From the IMG/VR virus record IMGVR_UViG_2740892431_000022: 35,244 bases of DNA, one strand, 5' to 3'. How positions within the stretch are numbered: position 1 is the first letter of the stretch; the number at the start of each line of letters is the position of its first letter. Under the pieces are notes generated by a model, which was given only the letters and a program-made list of their open reading frames with translations, had not been told where the DNA came from and did not search any database. The DNA is from a virus. Lineage: Duplodnaviria > Heunggongvirae > Uroviricota > Caudoviricetes. Positions 23,939 to 33,265 of this stretch are shown here, piece after piece. A program made the translations under genes and the position numbers.

Positions 23939-25355
23939 CTATCTGCATGGTCCCGAAACCATTGAGGTGGAAAACGGTGCCCGCCCGGTTAAAACGGTGA
24001 AATCTGCCGTTATTGGCCTGATTGGTACCGCCCCGATGGGGGATGTCAATACGCTGGTACAGTGCCTGTCTGAGAAAGACGCAGCGGCATTTGGCAGCCA
24101 GTTCACCGGCTTTACCATTCCGCAGGCGCTGGATGCGATTTATGACCATGGTGCAGGTATCGTTCTGGTCATTAACGTCCTCGACCCGGCGAAACATAAA
24201 ACGGCGATCGAGGATGAGGTGGTTACCTTTGACAAATCGACAGGGCAGGCCAGACTGGCGCATCCGGTTGTCGCTAATGTGGTGGTGAAAAACAGTGAAG
24301 GCAGCACCTCCCACACGGCGAACACGGACTACCGTGTTGATGCGCAGGCGGGTGTGCTCACGAACCTGGGCAAGGCTATTGAGGCCGGTGGCAGCGTGAA
24401 GGTGAGCTATGAGTACGCGGACCCGTCGAAGGTGACTGCGGCGGACATCATCGGCGGGGTGAACAGCGCCGGAAACCGAACCGGCATGAAGCTGCTTAAC
24501 GACAGCTTCAACCTGTACGGCTATTTCGCCAAAATTCTGATTGCGCCGGTGTTCTGCACCCAGAAGAGTGTCGCAGTTGAGCTTATCGCCATGGCAGAGA
24601 AGCTGGGCGCGGTAACCTACATTGATGCGCCTGTCGGTACCACCTTTGCACAGGCTCTGGCAGGTCGTGGCCCGGAAGGCACCATCAACTTCAATACCAG
24701 CTCCGACCGCGTCCGTCTGTGCTATCCGCATGTGAAGGTATATGACCCGGTGACAAACACAGAGCGTCTGGAGCCGCTCAGCCAGCGTGCAGCAGGTCTG
24801 CGTGCCAGAGTCGATCTGGACAAGGGCTACTGGTGGTCATCCTCCAATCAGGAGATTCTGGGGATCACTGGCGTGGAGCGCCAGCTGTCCGCGATGATTG
24901 ATGACCCGCAGAGTGAGGTGAACCTGCTTAACGAACAGGGGATCACCACGGTATTCAGCAGTTACGGCAGCGGCCTTCGTCTGTGGGGTAACCGGACGGC
25001 AGCATGGCCAACGGTCACCCATATGCGTAACTTTGAGAACGTTCGCCGCACCGGTGATGTGATCAACGAGTCCATTCGTTATTTCAGCCAGCAGTACATC
25101 GACATGCCGATTACTCAGGCGCTGATTGATGCACTGACGGAGTCGGTCAACGCCTACGGTCGCAAAATGACTGGTGATGGTGCGGTACTGGGCTTCCGTT
25201 GCTGGTTTGATCCGGCCCGCAATCCGGAGACGGAGCTGGCCGCCGGGCACCTGTTGCTGAGCTACAAATATACGCCACCACCGCCGCTGGAGCGACTGAC
25301 GTTTGAGACTGAGATCACCTCGGAATACCTGTTAACCCTGAAAGGGGGCAACTGA
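23928..25355 (+). CDS. Tail sheath protein
   Basis: 475 aa; followed immediately by the tube gene; sheath-like length and sequence character. Confidence 0.88.
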   Translation: MAANYLHGPETIEVENGARPVKTVKSAVIGLIGTAPMGDVNTLVQCLSEKDAAAFGSQFTGFTIPQALDAIYDHGAGIVLVINVLDPAKHKTAIEDEVVTFDKSTGQARLAHPVVANVVVKNSEGSTSHTANTDYRVDAQAGVLTNLGKAIEAGGSVKVSYEYADPSKVTAADIIGGVNSAGNRTGMKLLNDSFNLYGYFAKILIAPVFCTQKSVAVELIAMAEKLGAVTYIDAPVGTTFAQALAGRGPEGTINFNTSSDRVRLCYPHVKVYDPVTNTERLEPLSQRAAGLRARVDLDKGYWWSSSNQEILGITGVERQLSAMIDDPQSEVNLLNEQGITTVFSSYGSGLRLWGNRTAAWPTVTHMRNFENVRRTGDVINESIRYFSQQYIDMPITQALIDALTESVNAYGRKMTGDGAVLGFRCWFDPARNPETELAAGHLLLSYKYTPPPPLERLTFETEITSEYLLTLKGGN

Positions 25356-25876
25356 TGTCAAAGATTGAGATAAACCGCATCACGAATGCCAACATCTATC
25401 TGGATGGTACTAACCTGCTGGGACGGGCTGAGGAAGTTAAACTCCCCGATGTCTCCATGATTATGCAGGAACACAAGGCGCTGGGGATGGTGGGTAAGGT
25501 GGAACTCCCGGCTGGTTTTGACAAACTGGAAGGCGAAATCAAATGGAACAGCTTTTACCGCGATGCGATGCTGTCTGCCGCGAACCCGTACAGGTCGCTG
25601 GCACTGCAGTGTCGTTCCAGCGTCCAGCGCTACAGCTCGCAGGGGCTGATTGACGAAATCCCGCTGGTCACCTTCCTGACGATTATGTTCAAGAAGAACC
25701 CGCTGGGGACGTTCAAACAGCACGAGAACGCCGAGTTCTCCAGTAGCTTCACCTGCACGTATATCAGACAGGTACTGGATGGTGAAGAGCTGCTGCAACT
25801 GGACTATCTGGCCAACATCTTCCGGGTCGGCGGTGTTGATCAACTGACTGACTACCGTATCAATATCGGGGGCTGA
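25355..25876 (+). CDS. Tail tube protein
   Basis: 173 aa; ATGA-coupled to the sheath gene. Confidence 0.85.
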   Translation: MSKIEINRITNANIYLDGTNLLGRAEEVKLPDVSMIMQEHKALGMVGKVELPAGFDKLEGEIKWNSFYRDAMLSAANPYRSLALQCRSSVQRYSSQGLIDEIPLVTFLTIMFKKNPLGTFKQHENAEFSSSFTCTYIRQVLDGEELLQLDYLANIFRVGGVDQLTDYRINIGG

Positions 25877-25878
25877 CG

Positions 25879-26160
25879 GTGAGTGTTGAACTGACGGATA
25901 AAGGAGGACGATGTGCGGCACTGGGCATGTCAAATGGTACGTGGTTTACCCTCCTTGATATTCCGGGGGTGGAAACCCTTTTTAATACCCGTAAAACCAA
26001 TGACCCGATTGACTGCACACGTTCAAAGGCCCGCAAACTGGCGGATTTGATTGAAGCATGGGAGCCTCCCGACCACTGGTTCTCCGGCATCGGCAAATCT
26101 GAGGGAAAGACGCTTCTCATCGCTTTCCTGCGTAACTGCAAGGGGTTTCGCACTTGCTGA
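25879..26160 (+). CDS. Hypothetical protein (93 aa, GTG start)
   Basis: ORF between the tube and tail-chaperone genes; followed by a terminator-like hairpin. Confidence 0.45.
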   Translation: MSVELTDKGGRCAALGMSNGTWFTLLDIPGVETLFNTRKTNDPIDCTRSKARKLADLIEAWEPPDHWFSGIGKSEGKTLLIAFLRNCKGFRTC

Positions 26161-26167
26161 CATCACA

Positions 26168-26190
26168 GGGGCTCCGGCCCCTTCTTCTTA
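26168..26190 (+). terminator. Putative rho-independent terminator
   Basis: GGGGC-tccg-GCCCC (26168-26181) followed by TTCTTCTTA. Confidence 0.5.
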
Positions 26191-26236
26191 ATCTCCTTTA
26201 ATATCCGTCACGCGCTTCTCCCGACATACTGCCCTG
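26187..26236 (+). promoter_or_regulatory. Putative late promoter for the tail operon (diverged copy of the late motif)
   Basis: CTTAA (26187-26191), TTAATATC (26198-26205) and CTGCCCTG (26229-26236) at the same spacing as the other two sites. Confidence 0.35.
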
Positions 26237-26257
26237 AACTTACACAGGAGCACAATC

Positions 26258-26593
26258 ATGTCACAGACCCCATCCGATACTTTTAAATTGTCTTATCCCT
26301 TCACCACTGCTGCAGGCACCAGAATTGAGCTGGTTGAACTGAAACGCCTGACGGTAAAAGACCTGAAGCAGGTGCGCAAAATCAGCAAAAACCCGGCAGA
26401 CTGGGACGAACCGCTGATTGCCCGCAGTACTGGTCTTCTCCCGGAAGATCTCGACAATATGGATCTGGCTGATTACCTGCAGTTACAGAAACGATTTCAG
26501 CTCATCACGGGGATGGGTGAGAGCAACCAGGGCGCTGACGCAGGCGCAGGGGCTGCTGGCGAGATGGTTCCGGTTTCAGCCGGGGGAGATTGA
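26258..26593 (+). CDS. Tail assembly chaperone (gpG/gpE-like)
   Basis: 111 aa directly upstream of the tape measure gene; overlapping extension ORF in another frame. Confidence 0.75.
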   Translation: MSQTPSDTFKLSYPFTTAAGTRIELVELKRLTVKDLKQVRKISKNPADWDEPLIARSTGLLPEDLDNMDLADYLQLQKRFQLITGMGESNQGADAGAGAAGEMVPVSAGGD

Positions 26594-26675
26594 TGCCCTC
26601 GATACTGACGATCTGGAGATGTGGCTGGAGCAGGCTGAAGAGCAAATAAAAAGCGAGTACGGCGACAAATCATAG
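26258..26675 (+). CDS. Predicted frameshift-extended chaperone product (gpGT/E+E'-like), shift near 26582-26590
   Basis: Second ORF (26418..26675, frame offset +1/-2) overlaps the 3' end of the chaperone gene; G-run GCC GGG GGA GAT TGA immediately before the stop. Confidence 0.5.
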
Positions 26676-26750
26676 TACAGACAGCCGCCAGTAGCGGCTG
26701 TTCTGCGTTATTCCCTCACGTCTTTTCACCTTCCCCGGAGGTTAACCACT

Positions 26751-29700
26751 ATGTCGGGACAGTTTTCAGTCGGCGTTGTTATCGGCGGGATGATTGGCAG
26801 CACATTCCGTTCTGCAATGAGCGGTACCCGCCGTGCGCTTGATTCCCTGAGCGATACCTCACGCCGCCTGCAGGAACGTCAGAACGCTTTAACCCGTGCA
26901 ACAGAACGTTATGGTCAACTGGGTTCTTCCCGGATGCAGCATCTCAACAGCGAGCTGCTGCGGGTAAGCCGCACCATGGAGCAAATTGAGCGCCAGCAGC
27001 GCCGTCTGTCAGCGGCATCCGCTACCAGTGATGCGCTGAAAGCTAACCGCATGGCGCTGTATGGTCAGGGGATTGAAGCGTATGGCATGGCACAGACTGT
27101 TTATCATACGGTTTCCCCTGCCGTTCAGCAGTCCATGTCTTTTCAGGACAAAATGATTGATATGTCGATCACCGCAAAATATGACAATAAAACGCGGGAT
27201 GCACTTGCCGGACAGATAAAAGGCTGGGCGCTTAAATACAATCAGTATCAGGATGAGCTGCAGGAGGCGGTGGGTTCACTCATCAGCGACAATATTGATA
27301 ATGTGTCAGATATCGGTTTTCTGATGCCGGATATTGCCCGCGCGGCAACGGCAACACGCACGTCTGCTCAGGACTGGGCAAAAGTGGCCGCAGTCTGGCA
27401 AAACTCCCTGAAAGGTGCGGCCAGAGATTTTGGTGCCGTTCAGAATATTATGGCTTATGCCGGTGACCAGGGGTCATTTGAAATCCCGGATCAGGTCAAG
27501 TGGATGCAGTCCCTGGCCCCAATGATGGCGGGTATTGCCAGTGGAAAAGAGGCTGTTGCTGAAATCGGGGCCAGTCTCCAGATAGCAAAAATCGGTGCAG
27601 GTTCCACCGACGAAGCAGCTAATAATTTTAAAAACTTTCTTACCAAAATTTTTGCCCGCGATACTCAGAAACAGTTTGCTGATCTGGGTATTGATTTGCA
27701 GGGATCTATTGCGAGTTATAAAGCTGCGGGGATCTCTCCGATTGAAGGGATGTTGAGTGTTATAGAACGTTACCTCAATGCCAAAAGCCCCGAAGCGCTG
27801 GCCGGCTTCAAATCAGCCATGAAAATAAAGAATGATACGGCAAGAGATGAGGCACTTCAGGCTCTGGCGAAAAACTTTGGTCTGGGCGATATGTTCGCGG
27901 ATATGCAGGTCATGGCATTTATCCGCCCGATGCTGGCCAACATGGACAGATATCGAGAGATCCGTGCCGGTGCTCTCAGGGCTGCGGATAACGATTTGCT
28001 TGCCAGTGCTTATGATCAGCGGCTGAAATCTCCCCTTGAAGCCACTAAAACACTTATGGTCAGCAGTCGCGATCTGGCAATTACGCTGGGCGATCAATTA
28101 GCTCCATCTTTTATTTCTTTGACTCAGGAACTGCTTCCACTCATTCAGGGGGCAAAACACTGGGTAGCGACTCACCCGCAATTTGTCAGTGGGGCTTTTA
28201 AGCTCATCAGTGCGCTCCTTGCGATTAAGATAGCGACTGTTGGTCTCAAACTGGGGCTGAATCTCCTTATTTCCCCCTTTGTAAGTGTCTGGAAAAATGC
28301 TGTTTTACTTCGGGCCAACTGGCTTCGTCTGTCGCTCGCACTGGGGCAAGGCGGTAAGCTCCGCTGGCTGGTGACCGGATTTAGCGCCGTCGCCAGAGGA
28401 GCCAGAACACTGAGTGGCGTGCTCTCCGGGGGGCTGGTTCGCGGAATTATGCTCGCCGGACGTGCTGTTCTCTGGATTGGACGTGCGCTGATGATGAATC
28501 CCATCGGTCTCGTTATCACCGCTGTCGCGGCAGCAGCTTACCTTATCTACCGCAACTGGGGGGCAGTCAGTGGCTGGTTTAAACAGCGCTGGGCAGACAT
28601 TCAGGAAGCCTTTAACGGCGGCATTGTGGGAATTGGTAAGTTACTGATTAACTGGTCGCCGGCAGGCCTGCTCTATAAAGCCTTTGCGGCTGCGCTGAAA
28701 TATTTCGGCGTTGCTCTGCCGGCAAAGTTCACCGACTTCGGTGGCCATCTTATCGACGGTCTGATTAACGGTATCAAAAACAAATGGGGGTCGCTCAAAT
28801 CCAGTGTAACCGGAATGGGTGACAGCATCAGTAGCTGGTTTAAACAGTGCTGGGCTGACATTCAGGAAGCCTTTAACGGCGGTATCGCGGGAACTGGTAA
28901 GCTGCTGATTAACTGGTCGCCGGCAGGTCTGCTCTATAAAGCCTTTGCAGCTGCGCTGAAATATCTTGGTGTTGATCTGCCGGCAAAGTTCACCGACTTC
29001 GGTGGCCATCTTGTCGACGGTCTGATTAACGGTATCAAAAACAAATGGGAGTCGCTCAAATCCAGTGTAACCGGAATGGGTGACAGCATCAGTGGCTGGT
29101 TCAGCGAAAAGCTGGGCATTCATTCGCCGAGCCGCGTGTTTATGGGCTTTGGTGACAATATAAGCTGGTTTAAACAGTGCTGGGCTGACATTCAGGAAGC
29201 CTTTAACGGCGGTATCGCGGGAACTGGTAAGCTGCTGATTAACTGGTCGCCGGCAGGTCTGCTCTATAAAGCCTTTGCAGCTGCGCTGAAATATCTTGGT
29301 GTTGATCTGCCGGCAAAGTTCACCGACTTCGGTGGCCATCTTGTCGACGGTCTGATTAACGGTATCAAAAACAAATGGGAGTCGCTCAAATCCAGTGTAA
29401 CCGGAATGGGTGACAGCATCAGTGGCTGGTTCAGCGAAAAGCTGGGCATTCATTCGCCGAGCCGCGTGTTTATGGGCTTTGGTGACAATATCGCGCAGGG
29501 GGCCGCCATTGGCCTGCAGCGGACCACTCCGCTTGCAGCTCTGGCCGGGCAGCGAATGGCCAGTGAACTGCTCCCCAAAATGCCCGTGAGCATTCAGGGG
29601 CCAGAAATACGGGATAACACTTCAGGTGTTCGCTTCAGTATGCCGTTGCCCGATATCAATGGGTTTATGTCGTCTGCTAAAAATGCGATCGGAGCCGTAA

Positions 29701-30032
29701 TCAATAGTTTGTCTTCCATGCCCGCTATCCCGCTCTCCACCCGGGCATCGATTTTACCAGGGCAACGTCTGGCAAATGAGATGACACCGGATGTTCCCCG
29801 TATCCCCTCGCCTGAAATCATGGCTGCCGGATATTCAGGCCGTGGTGCAGCTGCAACCGGCGGTGGAACGTCTGGTGGTATCCAGGTCAGCTTTAATCCT
29901 CAGTTTTTCCTCAATGGCAGGGAAACCACAGCGCCTGCAGGACTGACTGGTGCCCTGAATATGAGTCTGCATGAGCTGGAAAAAATGCTGGAGCGTCTGC
30001 TGGCTCAGAAACAACGTAAGGAGTACCGCTGA
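26751..30032 (+). CDS. Tail tape measure protein
   Basis: 1093 aa, alpha-helical/hydrophobic character, follows the chaperone pair; contains an internal tandem repeat array. Confidence 0.9.
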   Translation: MSGQFSVGVVIGGMIGSTFRSAMSGTRRALDSLSDTSRRLQERQNALTRATERYGQLGSSRMQHLNSELLRVSRTMEQIERQQRRLSAASATSDALKANRMALYGQGIEAYGMAQTVYHTVSPAVQQSMSFQDKMIDMSITAKYDNKTRDALAGQIKGWALKYNQYQDELQEAVGSLISDNIDNVSDIGFLMPDIARAATATRTSAQDWAKVAAVWQNSLKGAARDFGAVQNIMAYAGDQGSFEIPDQVKWMQSLAPMMAGIASGKEAVAEIGASLQIAKIGAGSTDEAANNFKNFLTKIFARDTQKQFADLGIDLQGSIASYKAAGISPIEGMLSVIERYLNAKSPEALAGFKSAMKIKNDTARDEALQALAKNFGLGDMFADMQVMAFIRPMLANMDRYREIRAGALRAADNDLLASAYDQRLKSPLEATKTLMVSSRDLAITLGDQLAPSFISLTQELLPLIQGAKHWVATHPQFVSGAFKLISALLAIKIATVGLKLGLNLLISPFVSVWKNAVLLRANWLRLSLALGQGGKLRWLVTGFSAVARGARTLSGVLSGGLVRGIMLAGRAVLWIGRALMMNPIGLVITAVAAAAYLIYRNWGAVSGWFKQRWADIQEAFNGGIVGIGKLLINWSPAGLLYKAFAAALKYFGVALPAKFTDFGGHLIDGLINGIKNKWGSLKSSVTGMGDSISSWFKQCWADIQEAFNGGIAGTGKLLINWSPAGLLYKAFAAALKYLGVDLPAKFTDFGGHLVDGLINGIKNKWESLKSSVTGMGDSISGWFSEKLGIHSPSRVFMGFGDNISWFKQCWADIQEAFNGGIAGTGKLLINWSPAGLLYKAFAAALKYLGVDLPAKFTDFGGHLVDGLINGIKNKWESLKSSVTGMGDSISGWFSEKLGIHSPSRVFMGFGDNIAQGAAIGLQRTTPLAALAGQRMASELLPKMPVSIQGPEIRDNTSGVRFSMPLPDINGFMSSAKNAIGAVINSLSSMPAIPLSTRASILPGQRLANEMTPDVPRIPSPEIMAAGYSGRGAAATGGGTSGGIQVSFNPQFFLNGRETTAPAGLTGALNMSLHELEKMLERLLAQKQRKEYR
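28572..29492 (+). repeat. In-frame tandem repeat array inside the tape measure gene
   Basis: Two 330-bp units (28833..29162 and 29163..29492) identical except the last base, preceded by a diverged 261-bp copy (28572..28832); each full unit encodes 110 aa. Confidence 0.85.
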
Positions 30033-30916
30033 TGTTTGCCGTACTGGGTGATATTGAGTTTGAGCTGATTACCTACTGGGACGGCTTCGAGGCCACGTTC
30101 GGCGTCGATTATGCGGAGCATGCCCGCATCGGGGGTAAGCCTGGCCTGCAGTTCGTCGGCGACAGGCTGGACGAAATCCAGATAACTCTGGTTTTCCATC
30201 AGCATTATTGTGTACCCGATGTGGAGCTGGCGAGACTGCGAACAGCCATGAAAGCCCATCAGGCACTGGCGCTGGTCTTCGGCAACGGTGACTATCGCGG
30301 CTGGTTCGTGATTACCGATGTGACTGCAACCAGCGAGCAGACTGACAGTACCGGCAACGTGCTGGCTGTCAGTGCCACCGTGTCTCTCCGGGAATACACC
30401 GGTGACCCGAAAAATCCTCTGCAACCACCGGCAATACGCACGAAGCTCCCGGGTGTCGGGGCGGTCTCCGGTGCCATTCCTTCGCCTTCAGGGGTGGCGC
30501 AGTTCATCCGCAACGGCGTCAACTATGCGAAACAGGCGCAGTCTGTACTCCAGACCACTATCAGCGCCGTTCGGGTGACACAGAAAATGAAGGATAACCC
30601 CGTTGTCGCACTGACCCGTGTGCCGGGGCTGATGAGCGGACTGGGTAATATCTCCGGGGCTCTGGGGAAAAGTGTTCCGGCGTTTAACGCACTCTCTGAA
30701 TCCATGCCCGATGCCATCAGTCTGGCCAGAACAGCCAGCGAAGCAGCCACGTATGTACAGCAGGCACAGTCTGCGCTGAGTGGTGTGGACAAAAGAAATA
30801 TTGCAGGTGCTCTGGATACCGTTTCCGGGCAGCTTAACGCCGCCGGCACAGCATTCAACCGCATGTCTCCGGGATTAAGTGCAATGGCCACCAGAATACT
30901 GACGAGGAGTGTGTGA
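30032..30916 (+). CDS. Tail protein, P2 gpU / Mu N-like
   Basis: Immediately after the tape measure gene; N-terminal ...GKPGLQFVGDRLDEIQITL... resembles the gpU-type pattern; C-terminal Ala/Ser-rich extension. Confidence 0.65.
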   Translation: MFAVLGDIEFELITYWDGFEATFGVDYAEHARIGGKPGLQFVGDRLDEIQITLVFHQHYCVPDVELARLRTAMKAHQALALVFGNGDYRGWFVITDVTATSEQTDSTGNVLAVSATVSLREYTGDPKNPLQPPAIRTKLPGVGAVSGAIPSPSGVAQFIRNGVNYAKQAQSVLQTTISAVRVTQKMKDNPVVALTRVPGLMSGLGNISGALGKSVPAFNALSESMPDAISLARTASEAATYVQQAQSALSGVDKRNIAGALDTVSGQLNAAGTAFNRMSPGLSAMATRILTRSV

Positions 30917-31128
30917 TGTTTCTTGAACATATTACCCGTGACGGAGAGCGCTGGGATTCGCTGGCATGGCAGTACTACGGTGACCCGCTGGGCTATCCCC
31001 GGATTATTGCAGCCAATCCGCACGTGGCCATCACGCCGGTGCTGCCCTCCGGGTTGTTGTTACTGATCCCGGTTATTGAGGCTGAAGATGCCCGTACAGA
31101 AGAGGATATTGCCCCATGGCTGAGATAA
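30916..31128 (+). CDS. Tail protein X-like (LysM-like)
   Basis: About 70 aa; ...ERWDSLAWQYYGDPLGYPRIIAANPHVAITPVLPSGLLLLIP... matches the P2 gpX pattern; GAGGAG ribosome-binding site. Confidence 0.75.
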   Translation: MFLEHITRDGERWDSLAWQYYGDPLGYPRIIAANPHVAITPVLPSGLLLLIPVIEAEDARTEEDIAPWLR

Positions 31129-32270
31129 ACAGTACTGCGCAAGCCACATCAGCGTTAACCGGCGTCAGCGATGTGCTGACGCCGGTATTCACTCTGTGGT
31201 ATCTGCAGAAAAACATCACCTCTGATATCGCGCCTTATGTCACCCGTGTGGTCTGGAGCGATAACATCAAAAATGAGTCCGATACCATTGAGGTGGAGCT
31301 GGACGACACCGATGGCCGCTGGCTGGATAAGTGGTATCCGGGCAAGGGTGACACGCTGACGCTGAAAATGGGTTATCAGGGCGAGAAACTGCTGTCCTGC
31401 GGTACATTCTCAATAGACGAGATCGAAGTGAGTTCGCCCGCGTCCGTTGTCGCTATCCGTGGGGTGGCCACCTCGGTTAACAGTGCTCTGCGGACTAAAT
31501 CCAGCCGTGGTTTTGAGAACACCACGCTGGCAGCTGTTGCGGGGCGGATTGCCAGAAAGCACCGGCTGAAACTGGTGGGCAGCATTGAGTCCATCAGAAT
31601 CGACCGGGTGACCCAGTATGCTGAAACCGACGTGGGTTTTCTGCGCCGGCTGGCCAGCGAGTATGGTTATGCAGTGAAAGTGGTCAGTGACCAGCTGATT
31701 TTTTCTCATCTGGCCACACTGCGCAGTCAGGAGCCGGTCAGGCAGTTAAAACCGCAGGATGTGGCCCGCTTTTCCCTGCGTGACACCATCAACCGGGTCT
31801 ATAAATCTGCAAAGGTAAAACACCAGAAAAGCAGCAGTAAAAAACTGATCGTCTACGAAGCTGATGGTGGTACCCGTGAAAGCGACAAAAAGCTCAAAGG
31901 TGGTAAGGTTACCAGCGCTGACTCACTTAAAGTTAACAGCCGCGTCAGCGACCCGGACAGTGCCCGGATTAAAGCGGATTCAGCACTGGCCAGACATAAC
32001 GAATACCAGCAGAACGGCTCCCTGACGCTGACGGGAACACCTCAACTGACAGCAGGCAACAAAATTGAACTGGTGGGTTTTGGGCAGTTATCCGGGCCAT
32101 GGCTCATAACCACTGCCCGCCATGCGTTTGACCGTAACAGCGGCTACACCACAGAGCTGGAAGTGGCACGGGGGCCAGTCACAAGAGGGAAAAAACAAAA
32201 AACTCAGAAACTCACGGTTTATCACCCGGATGGCAGTACATCGACGGTGATTAAGGAGAAGAAAAAATGA
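31116..32270 (+). CDS. Late control D-like tail/baseplate hub protein (P2 gpD / Mu P-like)
   Basis: 384 aa; conserved position between X and V. Confidence 0.82.
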   Translation: MAEINSTAQATSALTGVSDVLTPVFTLWYLQKNITSDIAPYVTRVVWSDNIKNESDTIEVELDDTDGRWLDKWYPGKGDTLTLKMGYQGEKLLSCGTFSIDEIEVSSPASVVAIRGVATSVNSALRTKSSRGFENTTLAAVAGRIARKHRLKLVGSIESIRIDRVTQYAETDVGFLRRLASEYGYAVKVVSDQLIFSHLATLRSQEPVRQLKPQDVARFSLRDTINRVYKSAKVKHQKSSSKKLIVYEADGGTRESDKKLKGGKVTSADSLKVNSRVSDPDSARIKADSALARHNEYQQNGSLTLTGTPQLTAGNKIELVGFGQLSGPWLITTARHAFDRNSGYTTELEVARGPVTRGKKQKTQKLTVYHPDGSTSTVIKEKKK

Positions 32271-32863
32271 CTGGTGTCACTCGTCAGGTCGGTACGGTCA
32301 GTGCCGTTGATGCCGACAGGGTTCAGGCCCGCGTTCGTCTGCCTGAATGCGATAACCTGCGCACAAACTGGCTTAACGTGCTGCAGCGCAATATCCAGGA
32401 TAACAAAGATTACTGGCTCCCTGACGTGGGGGAGCAGGTTGAGGTGCTGCTCGATGCCAACGGCGAGGATGGTGTTATTCTGGGCGCGGTGTATTCAGAC
32501 GTCGATAAACCACCGTTCAGTGACAAAAATATCCGGGGAACCCGGTTTGCTGATGGTGCAGAGTACAGCTACAACCGGAAGACGCACACTCTGATCATCC
32601 GGGGCGGCATTGAGCATATTGTCATTGAGTGTGGTGCTGATGTGGTATTGAAAACACAGAAAGCCACGATTGACGCACCGGAAACCGAACTTACCGGAGA
32701 TCTGCGTGTCAGGGGTAAACTGATTTACGAAGGAGGCATGGCGGGTTCTGGTGGTGAAGGTGTTACCGCGACCATCCATGGCAATATCGAGATTAAAGGG
32801 AATGCCCATGCCACGGGCAGTATGTTGTCTGATGGCGAAAACTCCAGCCACCACTCCCACTGA
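32267..32863 (+). CDS. Baseplate spike protein (gpV-like)
   Basis: 198 aa; ATGA-coupled; Gly-rich C-terminal region. Confidence 0.82.
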   Translation: MTGVTRQVGTVSAVDADRVQARVRLPECDNLRTNWLNVLQRNIQDNKDYWLPDVGEQVEVLLDANGEDGVILGAVYSDVDKPPFSDKNIRGTRFADGAEYSYNRKTHTLIIRGGIEHIVIECGADVVLKTQKATIDAPETELTGDLRVRGKLIYEGGMAGSGGEGVTATIHGNIEIKGNAHATGSMLSDGENSSHHSH

Positions 32864-32917
32864 GCTTTTTAAACGCCTTTAATATCAGCGTTCCCGCACG
32901 GGGGCAATACTGCCCCC

Positions 32918-33265
32918 ATGAAAACAACCTCAGTATTCTGGCAACCAGCCCTGCAGGCTCCCGGCGAAATTGTCCGGGGGCTGGATGATATCCGGCAGGC
33001 GATTCAAATTATCCTGCGGACTCCCCGCGGCAGCGACCCGCATCGCCCGGAGTTCGGCAGCAATCTGCATCTTTATATCGACTGGCCTGTAGACCGGGCC
33101 ATTCCGCATGTGGTGCGCGAATCCGTCGATGCCATCCGGCGCTGGGAGCCCCGCTGCCAGCTTATGTCAGTTAAACCCGCCGTCGACGGCGAACATCTTA
33201 CGCTCCGGGTGAGCTGGAAAGGCTCAGACGGACAGACCCGGACTCAGGTGCTGCTATGGCGCTGA
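32918..33265 (+). CDS. Baseplate protein W (gpW/gp25-like)
   Basis: 115 aa; conserved position. Confidence 0.82.
   Translation: MKTTSVFWQPALQAPGEIVRGLDDIRQAIQIILRTPRGSDPHRPEFGSNLHLYIDWPVDRAIPHVVRESVDAIRRWEPRCQLMSVKPAVDGEHLTLRVSWKGSDGQTRTQVLLWR

Noticed and set aside
28641-29453. Minus-strand 270-aa ORF plus two identical 61-aa ORFs (28934..29119, 29264..29449)
   Set aside because: They lie antisense to the tape measure gene and are created by the 330-bp tandem repeat; their periodicity and identity just mirror the repeat.
28572-29492. Possible CRISPR array suggested by the repeated sequence
   Set aside because: Repeat units are 261-330 bp, directly tandem with no unique spacers, and in frame inside a coding gene; no cas genes are present.
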